Assembly: GCF_009914755.1 (NCBI RefSeq)
Contig: NC_060930.1
Direction: 5' to 3' (one strand)
DNA length: 64,000 bases
DNA from: the human T2T-CHM13v2.0 reference genome, Homo sapiens
Shown here: positions 50,013 through 64,000 of the stretch, piece by piece
How the letters are laid out: each line of letters opens with the position of its first letter
How positions within the stretch are numbered: the stretch's first letter is position 1
The notes under the pieces: generated by a model
Database searches by the model: none
Told to the model about the DNA's origin: nothing
The model's input: only the letters and a program-made list of their open reading frames with translations
Program-made: the position numbers and the translations under genes

Positions 50013-53000
50013 GTAAGAGAGTTACCGCAAAGAGAAAGTTGTAGAGGAGAAAAGTGAATACATGGGAGCTGACTGCAACACTAAAAGAGTGCAATTGTTA
50101 CTCTTTGGCCATTTGTCTAGGTCCTCTCCTTTTTCCTTTGCTCATGTTGGTCTTTTAAACTGCATCTACTGACTCAGGATATCAGGAGGTGCCTACTAAG
50201 GCTGGGAGTCAAGTGTGTTTTCTGGCCCCATTAGCCCCTGCCCTACTACTGGACACAGCCGCTTTCAAGATATGGGCTTGCATAGGTGCCCTGGCCAAGA
50301 ATCAGCCACTCGTAGTACCACAACTTACTAAGGAAAAATATGCTCTTCCCTTTTGCTTGAATCTGTAAATCCTGTCACCAGCACAATGCATTTTTAATAG
50401 TAATAAGAGTCAAAGCAAAGGGAAAGTTCAGTGGGTAAAAGGTCTCTGACAAGTCTCCTGCTTCTGATGTAACCCTAGCTTCCTGTGAAGAAATATTATT
50501 CTCTCAAATAAAAAACATCAAAAGCACAGATTTTCAGAAACAGGTATTTTTCTACACTTTGGCAATTTAACGTGGTCTAAAGACTATTAAGAAGAATTTT
50601 ACTAACTATATCCTGAATTACAGAGAACTCAGAGTTGAGAAGAAAAATACCATTACTGAATATTTTAAAAGTCATAGTACTTCAGCTTATTCACCCTGAA
50701 ATAATTTTGACTGGTTTATTTAATATAACCAAATAACTCATTGTAAATTGGGCTATAAATGTATTGATACAAAATTAAATTTTCAACAAAGTTTTCCTTC
50801 AGTGAAATGTAATAGATTGTAATATTGATAAAACTTTATAAATATATGTTGGTAATAATACTTTTGGAATTATATGCCACCGTTTTGTTAATGAATTGAA
50901 ATAATTTTATCTTTTGGGTGGTAGTTATTCTCATAATAAGCTCAAGAGACATTTAAATTCATTCACATGTTTAAAATTATTTGGTATCTTCCCTTAGGTA
51001 TCACAAAGCTTAATATTAAGAACTAAAGTGAAATGAAATTGTATTACATCTAAATTTATAGACAATTTCTTTTCTCAGCATAATTGAGCAGAAAAAGTAA
51101 ACTTTTGAGATTAGGAACTTTCCTGCATACTTTGAAAAATTTAGAAAAATGATTGACATTTTGCAAATTTCAAGGTTTACTAAATTGACCAGAATTTTTA
51201 CTGGAATGTTAAACTAGCCTATCATTAGAAAGTATACCTATTATGTGCTTTTTTTTTTTAAGTAGTCAGAAAGAAAACATTTAGAATAAATATTTTAGGC
51301 ACTGTCATAATATGTAAAAATGTAATCTGGAAGATGCTCTACAAAGTAAACTCTTAGAGTGACTCATTCTCTATTACTATTCTACAGTAACTTTTTCTAA
51401 ATAAAGGACTATTTTGAAGTGAGAATCTACTTCACAAGAGAGAAAATAAAAGCTTCTGGACTTAGGAAAGCACATTTAGTCAATATGATAATCTTCTGTT
51501 GTGCAGCTCTTGGAGGTCACTCAGCAGATCTGTCATGACAACCCAAGGCGCATTCCAGAATTTGGCTGTCAACCAGCCATCAGCAGTTTAGAATATTCCT
51601 GACAGGGAGCACTGACTGTAAAATCATCTCCACGTTTTCATTAATGATATCCCTAACTGTTAAAGTTTGAGGTGCATTATAAAAATCACTGGGAAGTCCC
51701 AGACAGACAAGGATGCATCATTCACTCTACCCAGAGGTTGCAAGTTGTCGTGAAAAAGTTCACCATGAGTCCAGGGATTTCAGTTCAAGTCTCGGCGTGG
51801 CTATCAACTAACTACATGGCTCTGGAAGAGTCTTACCTCTCTGGTTTCTTCACACGCATCATCCAGCAGTAAGAGATTGGGCCAATGGACCCAGGACATT
51901 TCTTCTGGTGACCTTACTACATTCCCGCTGTAGTTACTTTGAGAATTTTTTTTTTTAAACTAGCATGAATATGTATCACTGTTTTTAAAAGAAAAAAAAT
52001 TAACCTTTAATAATGGCTAGAAAGGCAGAAATTCTGAAAAAAAAATTATGATATTTGAGAGACAAAATATATACCTCATATAGAAACACAGAATTAAAAA
52101 CCAAATTGCTAATTCATTTTCTTTTTCATCGTCCCTCTCCAGTAATCCTTCTTTAGTTTTTACCAGGAATGTAGGGTATGACCAAAATTAACAAAAGCAA
52201 TTCTCTGTGCATGGTTAATTCCTAGCCAGTGATCAAGGGTGAAATGCAATGACCATGTATTAAAGGGTCAGAGCGGTGTGTCAGGGGATGGTCCACAAAG
52301 CCCTGGGACCCTGTGACCCGAAGTTTGTTTCTTTGTAAAGTTCAAAAAGGGACTCAGTGAAGTGCTAAATAACAAACTTATCCACAGGTGTCTGAGAATG
52401 GATTTACTCCACAGGAAATTAAATCAGAGCTGTTGAAGGCTTGAGTTCAGCTTTTTTTTCTGTTTTTTAAATCCAGTTTCTTATAACATAACCTAAGGCC
52501 TATTTTCATCACACCACTCACGTCTTTATTTGTGCTTATGGAATGCTGATAATCTGAAGCTTTTTTTTAAAGGTTAAAAAAGGTTTAAGAGCATTTTTAA
52601 AAGGTTAAAAAAGGATACGTATCATGAACAAAGTTTTGTAGTTGTTTTTTAAATAAAACCTTAGTGTGAAAAACAAAACAAAAAAGCAACACGAAAACAA
52701 CAGCAGGAGCAAACTGAAGATTCCCTACCTGAGACAGAGAAGAACTAAAATATATAGCAGCACATTTCAAGATACTATATGGTAGAAGATCTCCCTTAGA
52801 TTAATGTGGCGTTTAGTTCTTTGTTGTATGGACAGGAATGCAGCACATTTTTATTACAAAAATAAGGAGCTGTTCGGGTTGTACTTTTTAGTCTCAAAAT
52901 TGGAAAGGTAAAACCAATAAAGATGATAGAGCATAAAATAAAACTCTGTGCTAAATAGAGCTTACATTCTAATTTACAAGTTTACTTGGAAACATTTATT

Positions 53001-53864
53001 CTTGATAAAGGAGACACCTGGCTCTACTTTTCCAACTGCATTGGGCAAGAACTACTAAAAGAAGAGAGAAAAGAAAGGAGAAAAGATTGTGAAAGAATCT
53101 TCCAGTATCAATAAATTCAAGCAGAATTTAAAGTTTTGTTACAGAGATGAAAAGCAAAAAAACAACATATAGTTCTAGGTTCAATTATGCTTTATCAAAA
53201 AAATTCATTTTTTTTCTCTTGATTTTGAGTGAGAAATGCTCTCTCTGAAAGTATTTGTCACTGTTGAAGACCTTTTCCTTGCTTTCCATTTTGTTACCTG
53301 GTCTTATTTTTTTTTTCCAATTGCCTAAACTTTCCTTCCACAATTTCTTTTCCTGGCTTTCCTCCCTCTTCTACCTCATTTTTTTTCTGTGGCCATTTAA
53401 AGTCAGGGCCAGTCTCCAAAGTCCCCATAGGCACTTTAAATACAAGTCCCTGCAGGGGCAAGTATGGGTGGGCAGTGAACAAGGAGAAGCTGAAAAAGCA
53501 GCCAGGCTGCAGACCAAGGAGAAGATGAGCTATACTCATATAGTCAAACACAAATGAAAATCCCCAGAGAGAGTGGCAGAGTGACATGTCACCCTGGTTC
53601 TAGCCAGCTCCCCTATTTCTTCTATTCCAGTCCCTCTCGAAGTGGCCTCTACTTCCTTTCAGTCCAAAAGATTCCTGAAGTCTCTCCAATACCCTTTTTT
53701 TCCGTTCTGCAGTTATCTCTTTGCTATCTTTGTGTACATTTTTGAAGCATAGCTTTTCCAAGGTGCTCTCCTGACTCATGGTGCTAGAAAAGTAGTTTAC
53801 TTATCCTAGAGGAAACTGACATTTAAAGGAATCCTGTGTTAATGATGTGTGGCCACACATTATT

Positions 53865-54010
53865 GTCACTTTAGGCAAGTCACTTAACCTTTCTAAACAT
53901 TAATGCCTCAGTTGTAAAATGGGGATAATAATACTCACATGGGTTGTTGTGAGATTTAAAAACAAACCCTATTAACGCGTTGCATGGATGTTAGCAACCC
54001 TAATTATTAC
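53865..54010 (+). mobile_element. MIR
   Basis: GGCAAGTCACTTAACCT...TGTAAAATGGGGATAATAATAC...GGGTTGTTGTGAGATT. Confidence 0.82.
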
Positions 54011-54626
54011 TAGTAGTAGATTAAAAAATTCTCAGTTTTTTAAAAATTGAGATTTCTCTACTTGAACTCTGCTTTTATTGGAAAGCACCCCTGTATTTTT
54101 GAAAAGGCAGAAGCCCCACAACTTAGTTTATTTTAACCAATCATTCTCTATCACCTGGCAGTGTTCAGTGATCACTGAAAAATCCCATCCAAGAAGATCT
54201 ATGAAACTAATATCTTGAATCTAAAATTTAAAAAAAAAACAACTCTTTTTACCAAAAGATATTGACACAGCTCAATGATTATAACATTTCAGTCAGACTA
54301 AAGCAATGTCAGAAATAAACCTACAAGGTAAACAAAGCAAAAAAAACTAAAAAGGTTGACTCTTTAGGCCTATTGCCTATTGTAGAAAATTTTAAAAGCA
54401 AGCCAATTATTAGACAAGAATATAATCAAAAGTAAAAAATAGAAGTTGAATGATGTATGTCTTCTATTGACAGTATCATTAACAAAACCTACATAGCCAT
54501 TAAGGTAACCTATTAGTAAGAAAGATTCCCTTTACTGATGGTGTTGAGCTTACGTTATTCATCTTTGCTACTGGCTGCCAGTAAAGATTTACAATAACTT
54601 CCAGATGCAAAATGTGCCAGGCTGTG

Positions 54627-54645
54627 GCATGCATGCATGCGCATG

Positions 54646-54678
<33 letters not shown>
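54627..54678. repeat. (GCAT)n followed by a (CA)15 alternating purine-pyrimidine tract
   Basis: Read directly from the sequence. Confidence 0.95.
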
Positions 54679-54681
<3 letters not shown>

Positions 54682-55346
54682 TGGGCTCCAAGGTTTACAA
54701 ATCTAGTGGTGTGGGCCTTTAGATTCACTCACATAGCCATTTCCCACCAAGGCCATCCATGATTCCAAGATGGCTGAGTGGGGTTGGGAATACATACACC
54801 TAAATTGGCCAGAACCGACATTATCTTTTACTTATATCTCTCCTTGGTTGGAGCTTCCCTAGTATCACTATAAATATGTATAGAATGCAAATGTTTCTGC
54901 ATTTAAGGCACTGCCTGATCAATGGTAGATAAAGCAGAAATAGTATACATTTGTTTTAGTCATTTTGAACCTCAAAGAGAAGGCATGATGCCTTCTAAAT
55001 TCTTTTATCCTAGAAGGCTCTTCTACTACTATTTATAGTTATATATTCAAATAGTTATGTAGGAACAGTCAAGTAGAATCTAAGGCCCAATCAATATGTT
55101 GTATGAGGGGTTGTATAACTCCAAATATTTACAGAGTCTGAGCCCTAGGTTTCTACTGTCAAAATATTATTACACCCGATTGACATACCAAGGACAGGGA
55201 AGTGGGAACAGTTTACCCTAGGTACAGGCAATAAGTGTGCATATTATCTATGGTTGTGTTCTTTATTATTCCCCAACACCAGCAATTCTGTACAATATCA
55301 GTGTTAAAATACCCTCGCCTGAAAAAAATCTTTGGTTAATTTAAGT

Positions 55347-55438
55347 TAAAAATTAGCAAGTTTTTCTGTAAAGGGATAGATAGTAGCCATGGGCAGCAGA
55401 CTGGATTTAGCTTGTGGGCTGTAGTTGGTGGAACTCTG
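55347..55438 (+). mobile_element. MER58A-like fragment, internally deleted
   Basis: TTTTTCTGTAAAGGG...GGATTTAGCTTGTGGGCTGTAGTT. Confidence 0.65.
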
Positions 55439-55716
55439 GCTTAAATTCTAAATAGTTGTTGTGGTTAGTGATGAGTTTTAATAATGTATATAAACTTACA
55501 ATTAGCATATTTTATTACTTATCTTTTAATAAATGCTATATTCTACATGCACATTAATTCAGAGAGCTCCCAACTATTCAGTGGCCCTGAAACATGCAGA
55601 CTTTGCTACAGGGTTTAATTTCTAGAGTAAATTCTTGACAGTAAGAAATGGTTTGAGCTTGCTTCTGCCTAGTTCCTGTCTCAAACCCCTGTGGTACTAT
55701 GTATTTTTAGGTTTAG

Positions 55717-56000
<284 letters not shown>

Positions 56001-56072
56001 AAATAAACATTAATAACTGTGATGTAATAAGGAAGAAACAGAAAGTGGATTGTTTCATTTTATTATACTATT

Positions 56073-56584
56073 CTGGGTTAGCAAACTATGGTCCATGGGC
56101 TATAACTGGCATGCTAAGAGTGATGTTTACATTTTTTGATATTTGAAAAAAATTCAAAAAATATTTTATAACGTGAAATTACATGAAATTCAAATGTTAG
56201 TGTCTAAAATAAAGTTTTATTAGAACATAGTCATACTCATTTGTTCATGCATTGCTGCAACAGCAAAATCGAGTATTTACAAGAGATCATATGGCCTATA
56301 AAGCCAAAATATTTATTACAGGTTGAGTATCCCTAATTTGAAAATCCAAAATCTGAAGTACTCCAAAATTCAAAACTTTTTAAATGCTGACATGATGCTC
56401 AAAGGAAATGCTCATTGGACCATTTTGAATTTCAGATTTTTAGATTAGGAATGCTGAACCAGTATAGATTGCAAATATTCCAAAAATCCAAAAAAAATCA
56501 AAATCCAAAACACTTCTGGTTCAAAACATTTAAGATAACGGATACCCTTGTCTGGTCCTTTATGAAAAACATTTACCAACCCTA
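56073..56584 (+). mobile_element. MER58B-like element interrupted by Tigger4a
   Basis: GCAAACTATGGTCCATGGGC, AATAAAGTTTTATTAGAACA and ATATGGCCTATAAAGCC...TCTGGTCCTTTA. Confidence 0.78.
56319..56550 (+). mobile_element. Tigger4a (MER46A) MITE
   Basis: TA|CAGGTTGAGTATCCCT start and GCTGACATGATGCTCAAAGGAAATGCTCATTGG. Confidence 0.85.
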
Positions 56585-56891
56585 GTTGTATGTGACAACC
56601 TGGAGTTTTCATATTTGTTTAAAGGTTAAAACAGCAGAACAGGATGTGAATAGTGAGGTATAATATTTTTGTTTTGTAAGTATAAATTTTAGCTCATACA
56701 TGAACATTTTTTCTAATTTGGGTTGTATATCTAAACTTGAAAGTTACCCTTCTCTTTTGTTTGAAAACAACAAAAGGAAACTAATGATTAATACTGCTGT
56801 ACATCGTATTATTGTACTAGGGCTGCCATAACAAGACTGAGTGGCCTAAACAGCAAAAACTTATTTTCTCACCATTCTGGAGGCTAGAATC

Positions 56892-57483
<592 letters not shown>

Positions 57484-59846
57484 TCAGCAGCCTTGGCATC
57501 TTCAGAGGCCTCTCTTTGCTTGCACAAGATGCCCTCTTGCTGTGTCTTCACACGTTTTTTTCTCTGTGTTCACATCCCTGACGTCTCTGTTTCTCCAAGG
57601 ACACCAGTCAGATTGGATTGGAGCCCACACTAATGGCCTCATTTTACTTAGTCACATCTTAAAGGCCCTGTGTCCAAATACAGCCACATTCTGGGGTGCT
57701 GGGGGTTAGAGCTTCAACATGTAAATTTTGGGGGGGCACATAATTCTGTTCATAACATACATGATGAAAAAACATATATTCCTAGTTTTTTAAGCCTGAA
57801 GGGAAATTAGATTCTAATTGTTCATTTTAGAGCTGAGGGAACAAAAGATCCAGACTTTTTCATGCAAGTGAGTGTGAAAACCTGGGAGCCCAAACCTGAG
57901 CTTGATGCTTTTTCTTCTATGGTATATTTGTTTTCTGGAGTTTTTTTTCCAGGTTTTTTCCTTCAAGGAAAAATCAAGCATCATATGTTTTCCATAAAAC
58001 ACAGCAATTTAAGCACTATTTCAAGAGGATAAAACTATTTGTGAAAGGAAAATGTAATTTTAATTACTAAACATCAAAGGAATTACACAAACAATTATTT
58101 TTCCTAAATGAGGTGTATTTTAAAACTGAGGAAAATTTTTTTCTGCACATTTCCCAGTTTTCAAAAGTCATTTAGTGATTGTCCACACATGAACAACACA
58201 CATTGTTATCTGAGGTCTGAGGCCAGCAAGTTTGTTTATAAAGACCTCAGATGATTTCAAAATGCTTGCTGTTTATCACATACATAGGCTTATGAAATAG
58301 GCAGGGGAGGGTGAGAGGAGGTATTATCTTATAAAATCTACCAGAAAACCATCTTGAAAGCATAACTAAGATTTTTCAGATAAGAAAGAAGCACATAGTG
58401 ACTTTTTAAAGGATTAAGGTGACCCAGACTTTGCAGGAGCCTTTTAGTCTGTACAGATGTCCAGGAGCTACCCTAGAGTTTTGAATCCATTAGCAGAGAT
58501 GGGCAAGGTGTACTTTAAAAACTAAAGATAACTGGCTTATTTCCCTGTAGTGTGTCTGGACAATCTGGCAACATTTTAGACTGTTGGCCTACATTTTAGC
58601 TACTGGGATTCTGGCCTCAACTTAATTCTGTTCTTTTCTGTAATCTCTGTATGGATGGCATAAATTAGGAGGCTCGATAATACTTATGGAATGCTTTAAT
58701 GCATACTAATTAAATTTGCAATAATAGCTAAAATTTTTATTTTTTTCTCATGGAAATAATATTGCTGTATTTTATCTTCCTTTGTTTTTACTGGACTAAT
58801 TTAACACTATCTTATTTTCTTGAAGAATTTGGTTAGTCATCTGAAGAAACATCAAGGAGTTTTTTAGCAAAAGAAATTTTAGAGATAATCTAACCAAAGC
58901 ACCAGTTCTTAAAGTAGAAGAATCTGAGATGTAAAAAATTGGGGCAATATTCTAATGCCACATAAATAGTCTCAGAGCAAGAACCTGAATCCATGTGTCA
59001 TAATTCTTCATCTTATTCTTCCTGATATGCCATGCAAAATATAAAAATTTAGGTAAAACTTCATTGATCCTTAAAGAAAATATAATATCAAGTTTTTTCA
59101 GTGGAAGAGGAAAGGTTTTCTTGTCTTACCTCTCTAATAGAAGTTTTTGTTTTCTTCCTTCTGCCAACTTTGATCCTTACTAGATATAGTATTCATTTTA
59201 GTCAAAGTATAAAGAGAAAATAATTAGGACTTGTTACCATTAGGTCTTGAGAGGTCAATGGTCACTCAGATGGAATTTTGGCAAAGGAGGAAGCTTTAAA
59301 GTGGTCATTATATTCTAGAAATTGGTCCTCCAGTTTTCGAGATCATTACACTTTTTTTGTCATTATACTTTAAGATAATGAATCAATTCTTATGAAATGA
59401 CATACAATAAACTTACTAGAAGTGGGTTTATAAAGAATGTCCAGTGACTAACTTATAATGAAAAAATAAAACTATCAACAGGACAGAATATTTATGTTTA
59501 CTGAACAGCAAATAGAGTGCCAAATTATAATTGTGGCGTTGCTCAGCATGATTTAATCAGCATCAGGCAAGTTTGACAATTTAAATTGTTTGTGTTGGCA
59601 GTCTGTTAGTAATCTGATTTTTTACTCAATAAGCTGATTCACAAATTTTTAGTTAATTTGACATGTTGAGAAGCTAAGGTACAGAGAAACTTTTAAAGAA
59701 TATATTTTGTGTCTGTATATGAGTTTATGATATTAACAAACATCTTTATATCTGTAAAAAACTATGCATTTTACTAAGCACATTTTATTACATTTATGTT
59801 AGTTATTACAGTTGCTTATGATTATTTACATATGTAAGAAAGCACC

Positions 59847-60183
59847 TGACATGGTTTGGCTCTGTGTCCCCACCCAAATCTCATCTTGAATTGTATTCCT
59901 ATAATTTCCATGTGTTGTGGGAGGGACCTGGTAGGAGATAATTTGAATCATGGGGGTGGTTTCCCCCATACTCTTCTCATGGTAGTGAATAAGCCTCACG
60001 AGATCTGATGATTTTATCAGGGGTTTCCACTTTTGCATCTTCCTCATTTTCTCTTGCCCTGCCTTTCACCTCCCATCATGATTCTGAGGCCTCCCCAGCC
60101 ATGTGGAACTGTAAGTCCAATTAAACCTCTTTTTCTTCCCAGTCTCAGGTGTGTCTTCAGCAGCATGAAAACAGACTAATACA
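59847..60183 (+). mobile_element. THE1A/B solo LTR
   Basis: TGACATGGTTTGGCTCTGTGTCCCCACCCAAATC...ACAGACTAATACA; perfect TSD GCACC. Confidence 0.95.
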
Positions 60184-60645
60184 GCACCTATTCTAAAAAA
60201 AATTTGGACATTTTTCAATTTTTCACGGTAATGTTTCAGATCCCTACCTTTATAGTAAAAGGGTCCTTTGGATATGTTTTACTCACTGTTATAATGTTGC
60301 TTTAAAATCACCTACAAATAAAAGTCTGTAACTCTGATTTAAATGCTAAGTGATCAGACTCTCTCAGACATAATCCTTACCCTTCAGTAGCCTATGAAGA
60401 TAGACATGTATATTTATCTGAAATGTTCACTCTTCTTAATTATTCTCTATCAAAATTCCAGTCTCTCATTTTTTTCTAAACTCAACTGAAAACTTCTCAC
60501 CTCCTTAAAAAGAAAATCCCATGATAAATTCTCTCTTATTCTGATTATGCTGTTTATTATTTCAAAATTGACATACTCACTTTGAGCTCTATTAATATGC
60601 ATTTGTTGATTTTTAATGTGCTTTTTGTCCATCTTATTTAATGAT

Positions 60646-61720
60646 TGTGGTAGCCAGCCTCTGAGATAGATCACAAATATGCTTCCCTTCTGATATTCAT
60701 GGCCTTAGTATTATCCTTCCATAGTAGATAGGGCTAAATTGGATAATGAATTGGTCACTGTGAAAATGACAGAGACTTCTGAGGCTAGATCATAAAAGAC
60801 ATTGGAACTTCTTCCTTGCCTCTTGAATCCCATGTTCAGGAGGAGACCACTTCCCATGTTAGGAGGACATTGGAGAAGCCATAGGGAGAGGTTCATGTAA
60901 TGAGGAACTAAGGCTTCTTGTCAACATTTACGTGAGAAAGCCATCTTGGAAGAGGATCTTGCAGCCCCAGTCAAGCTTTCAGATAACTGTAGCCCAGGCT
61001 GACACCTTGACTGCAACTCATGCAAGGAAGGTCTTGAGCTAGAAATACCTAATTCAGCTGCTCTCATTTTCCTGAAAAACTGTAAGATAATAATGTATAG
61101 TTTTAAAGTTATGTTGGATACAGTGAGTTCTAGATTTCTCTTCAAATAATCAGTATGTCAGTATGTTCAGTTCTTTGTCCTCCATTTTAAAGTTTAACTT
61201 CCTTATAGTTTCAGTAAACAACCTTTTCCACCAGTTTTAATCAGTAGTTCACATCATTCTCCTGGTCTCCTGCTCCATTCTGACTTATCCTGGTCACCTG
61301 CTTTGACCTGAATCATCCCTGGTCACCTGCTCTGACCTAAGACACCTTTAGTTACCTATTCGGTAATGATTTTTCCCATCAAACTGCTCACCCTGCCATT
61401 CTGGCTTATACCACTGCTCTCTTTAAAACAGCCAATCAGAATTAGCTTAGACTGTGTGGTCCAACCCTAGCCAGCAGGGGAATGACACAGCAGTAGGGGG
61501 TACCTGTATCAGGAATAAGAACCCCTTCCTCTCCCTTGTTCAGCTGTGCTCTCGCTATTGCTCCATCCATGAGTCACATCCTTCTATAGAAGTAAAATTG
61601 CCTTGCTGAGAAAATTTTTTGTCTGAGCGCTAGTTCTTCTTTTTGGCACTGAGGAACAAGCATTTGTTTCTAACAGTTACTAAGTTTTGCAATATTGTGT
61701 TATGCACAATAAGTAAGGAT
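60646..61720 (+). mobile_element. MLT1F-like LTR, interrupted by LTR10
   Basis: TGTGGTAGCCAGCCTCTGAGAT, GACTTCTGAGGCTAGATCATAAAAG and CAGCCCCAGTCAAGCTTTCAGAT. Confidence 0.8.
61112..61675 (+). mobile_element. LTR10 (A/F-like, HERV-I family) solo LTR with internal 28-29 bp repeats
   Basis: CAGTATGTCAGTATGTTCAG, CCTGGTCACCTGCT repeats, AGCCAATCAGAATTAGCTTAGAC; TSD GTTA. Confidence 0.9.
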
Positions 61721-62596
61721 CAAATGTTATTCTAATATTTAAGCTATTTGCTGTCATAAAATTTGTCATTTATTTCTTTTTTTGCATAATCCTTCAGGCA
61801 TAGAAGTAGCAGAAGAGATGTATGAAGTTAAAGACAAATGTAAATAAATAGTGATCTTGCTACTGTGATTTGGTGTCATAGTGTTTCTCTCTGTGAACTC
61901 ACTGAGGTGCAGGGACCACAGTTTTTATATTTAGCAATCCAAACTAGATGAGCATGTGCCATTATTAACCTTTTTTCCTAGGTCAAATTCTCAATGATGA
62001 AATAACTCCAATAGCTGGTAAAATGTCCACATTTTTTCCCCCAAGTCCCCATATTAGATAGTATTCTGTTGCTGTTTTAGGAAACTATTTATTGTTATTT
62101 TCACACATACACATACTCTGAATCTGTCTCTCTGTCTCTCTCTCTCTCTCTCATTTTCTCCCTCTCTCCACATATTTTTCCCTCTTCCCTTTCTTCATTT
62201 TTTAAATGGCTAGCTGAGGATTAGGCAAAGGAAAATTCTTTGAATATTTTTATTATTGATTAGTAATAGTTTTAAGAGCTTAATACATGCTTGCCTTTTC
62301 CCCTCTACTAAGTAGGAATAGTCCCTAAGTAGGAATAATCTCTTCTTTGGAAAGCAAATATAAAAGGATTGCTTCAGTTTTTTATCTTTGACTTCTTAGT
62401 ATAACTAATCATTTAAAAATATATCTGAATATGAGGTAATCAATGAGAAGTTGAATAGAAATAAAAAATATGTTGATGGGACAAGCAACTAAGAGGGTTT
62501 TAACTTACAGCAATTGATTATTTATGATGAAAATTGATAACCATTTCACAAACATTTTGAAATTATTCGTAGAAAAAAATGTTATTATTTAGAAGA

Positions 62597-63745
62597 TATA
62601 TGAGTCAGAATTCTCCAAAGAAACTGAATGAGTAAAAAACACAGATAGATAGATGATAGATAAATAGATTTTTTTAAGTAAATTGGCTCGTGGTTTTTGG
62701 GAGGATAGCATGTTTGAAATCTATAGGGCAGGCCTGCAGGCTGGAAACTGTTGGTAAGAAGTTGATGTTGCATGCTTTAGGTAGAATTTCTTCTTTTTCA
62801 GGGAAACCTTAGTGTTTATTTTTCAGACTTTTCAACAGATGGGACAGGCCCACCTACTTTATGGAGAAGAGTCTTCTTTACTTAGCCTGTAACTGCCCAG
62901 TGCGTTCACCTTGCCCGCTGCCCAGACAGAGCCAAATTTATCAAGACAGGGGAATTGCGATAGAGAAAGAGTAATTCATGCAGAGCCGGCTGTGCAGGAG
63001 ACTGGAGTTTTATTATTACTCAAATCAGTCTCCCCGAGCATTCCATGAGTTTGTAAAGATAATTTGGTGGATGGGAGTGAGTCTGGGATAATTTGGTGGA
63101 TGGGAGTGAGTCTGGGATGGGAAAATTTGGTGGATGGGAGTGTGTCTGGGAGTGCTGATTGGTCAGGTCAGAGATGAAACCATAGGGAGTCAAAGCTGTT
63201 TTCTTGTGCTGAGTGAGTTTCTGGGTGGGAGCCACAAGATCAGATGAGCCAATGTATTGATTTGGGTGGTGTCAGCTGATCCATCAAGTGCAGAGTCTGC
63301 ATCGTACCTCAAGCAGCTTAGGAGCAGTTTAGAGAGGGTCAGAATCCTGTAGCCTCCAGCTGCATGACTCCTAAACCATAATTTCTAATCTTGTGGCTAA
63401 TTTATTAGTCCTACAAAAGCAGTCTAGTCCCCAGGCAAGAAGGAAATTTGTTTTGGGAAAGGGCTGTTACTGTTTTTGTTTTAAACTATAAACTAAGTTC
63501 CTAACAAAGTTAGTTCACCCTACACCCAGGAATGAACAAGGACAGTTTGGAGGTTAGAAGCAAGATGCAGTGGGTTAGTTCAGATCTTTTTTCACTGTGT
63601 AGTTACAATTTTGCAATCATGGTTTCAAGTTGACTGCAGATGCTAACCATATCAAGAAAATACCTTCACAGCAACACCTATAGTAGTGTTTGAATAACTG
63701 GCTACTCTAGCCTAGCCAAGATGACACATAAAACCAGCCATCAAA
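62597..63745 (-). mobile_element. MLT2D-like LTR, interrupted by LTR8
   Basis: GGGCAGGCCTGCAGGCTGGAAAC, AATACCTTCACAGCAACACCTA and CCAAGATGACACATAAAA. Confidence 0.82.
62888..63627 (-). mobile_element. LTR8 ERV1 solo LTR
   Basis: TGTAACTGCCCAGTGCGTTCACCTTGCCCGCTG...ATTTTGCAATCATGGTTTCA. Confidence 0.9.
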
Positions 63746-63800
63746 CAAAGTATAAATTTAAAATTAGCCATGTAGATTTCTTTCTATTAGTCATAGGAAT

Positions 63801-63879
63801 TATAAATTCCCAAAATGAGATTAGCATAATAAATGCTTCTATAAGTTCCCCAAATGAGATTAGCATAAGTAAATGCTTC
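63801..63879. repeat. 39-40 bp tandem duplication
   Basis: TATAAATTCCCAAAATGAGATTAGCATAATAAATGCTTC followed by a near-identical copy. Confidence 0.93.
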
Positions 63880-64000
63880 TTCAAAGAAGTCAACCACACA
63901 TTAATATTTTTGTTGTTCAATAACTGAAAAAAAATTTTTTTAATTAGTGAACTGGTTTAAGTCTTAGCACCATATCTGAAAAGACTTCTTGTGTCTCAGA

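Noticed and set aside
61261-61360. CRISPR-like repeat array (also considered at 63058-63150)
   Set aside because: Contiguous LTR-internal tandem repeats with no unique spacers and no cas genes, in eukaryotic DNA

Overview
This is simian-primate (most likely human) AT-rich, repeat-dense non-coding DNA, either intergenic or deep intronic. I found no credible host protein-coding exon, RNA gene, CRISPR array or CpG island. The ORF track is explained by Alu, L1 and LTR sequence or by chance. The window holds an internally deleted L1PA7/8-like LINE-1, about 14 Alus, many MIR/L2/L1M relics, a complete THE1C MaLR provirus, solo LTRs (LTR54-, MER57-, LTR40-, LTR33-, MLT1-, MLT2-, LTR8-, MER11-, MER61-, THE1A- and LTR10-like), DNA transposon fossils (MER63, MER1B, MER102, Charlie1a, MER97, MER58, Tigger4a) and several microsatellites. 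Many insertions keep readable target-site duplications (TSDs). Subfamily names come from my recall of consensus sequences and need RepeatMasker/Dfam confirmation. I do not see a new biological system. The best leads are modest: a MIR-derived AP-1/TEAD motif cluster, a second ETS/SOX/RBPJ/TEAD motif cluster, candidate non-coding exons on the minus strand, an open ORF0-like antisense frame in the L1 5' UTR, and several template-switch/micro-duplication scars.
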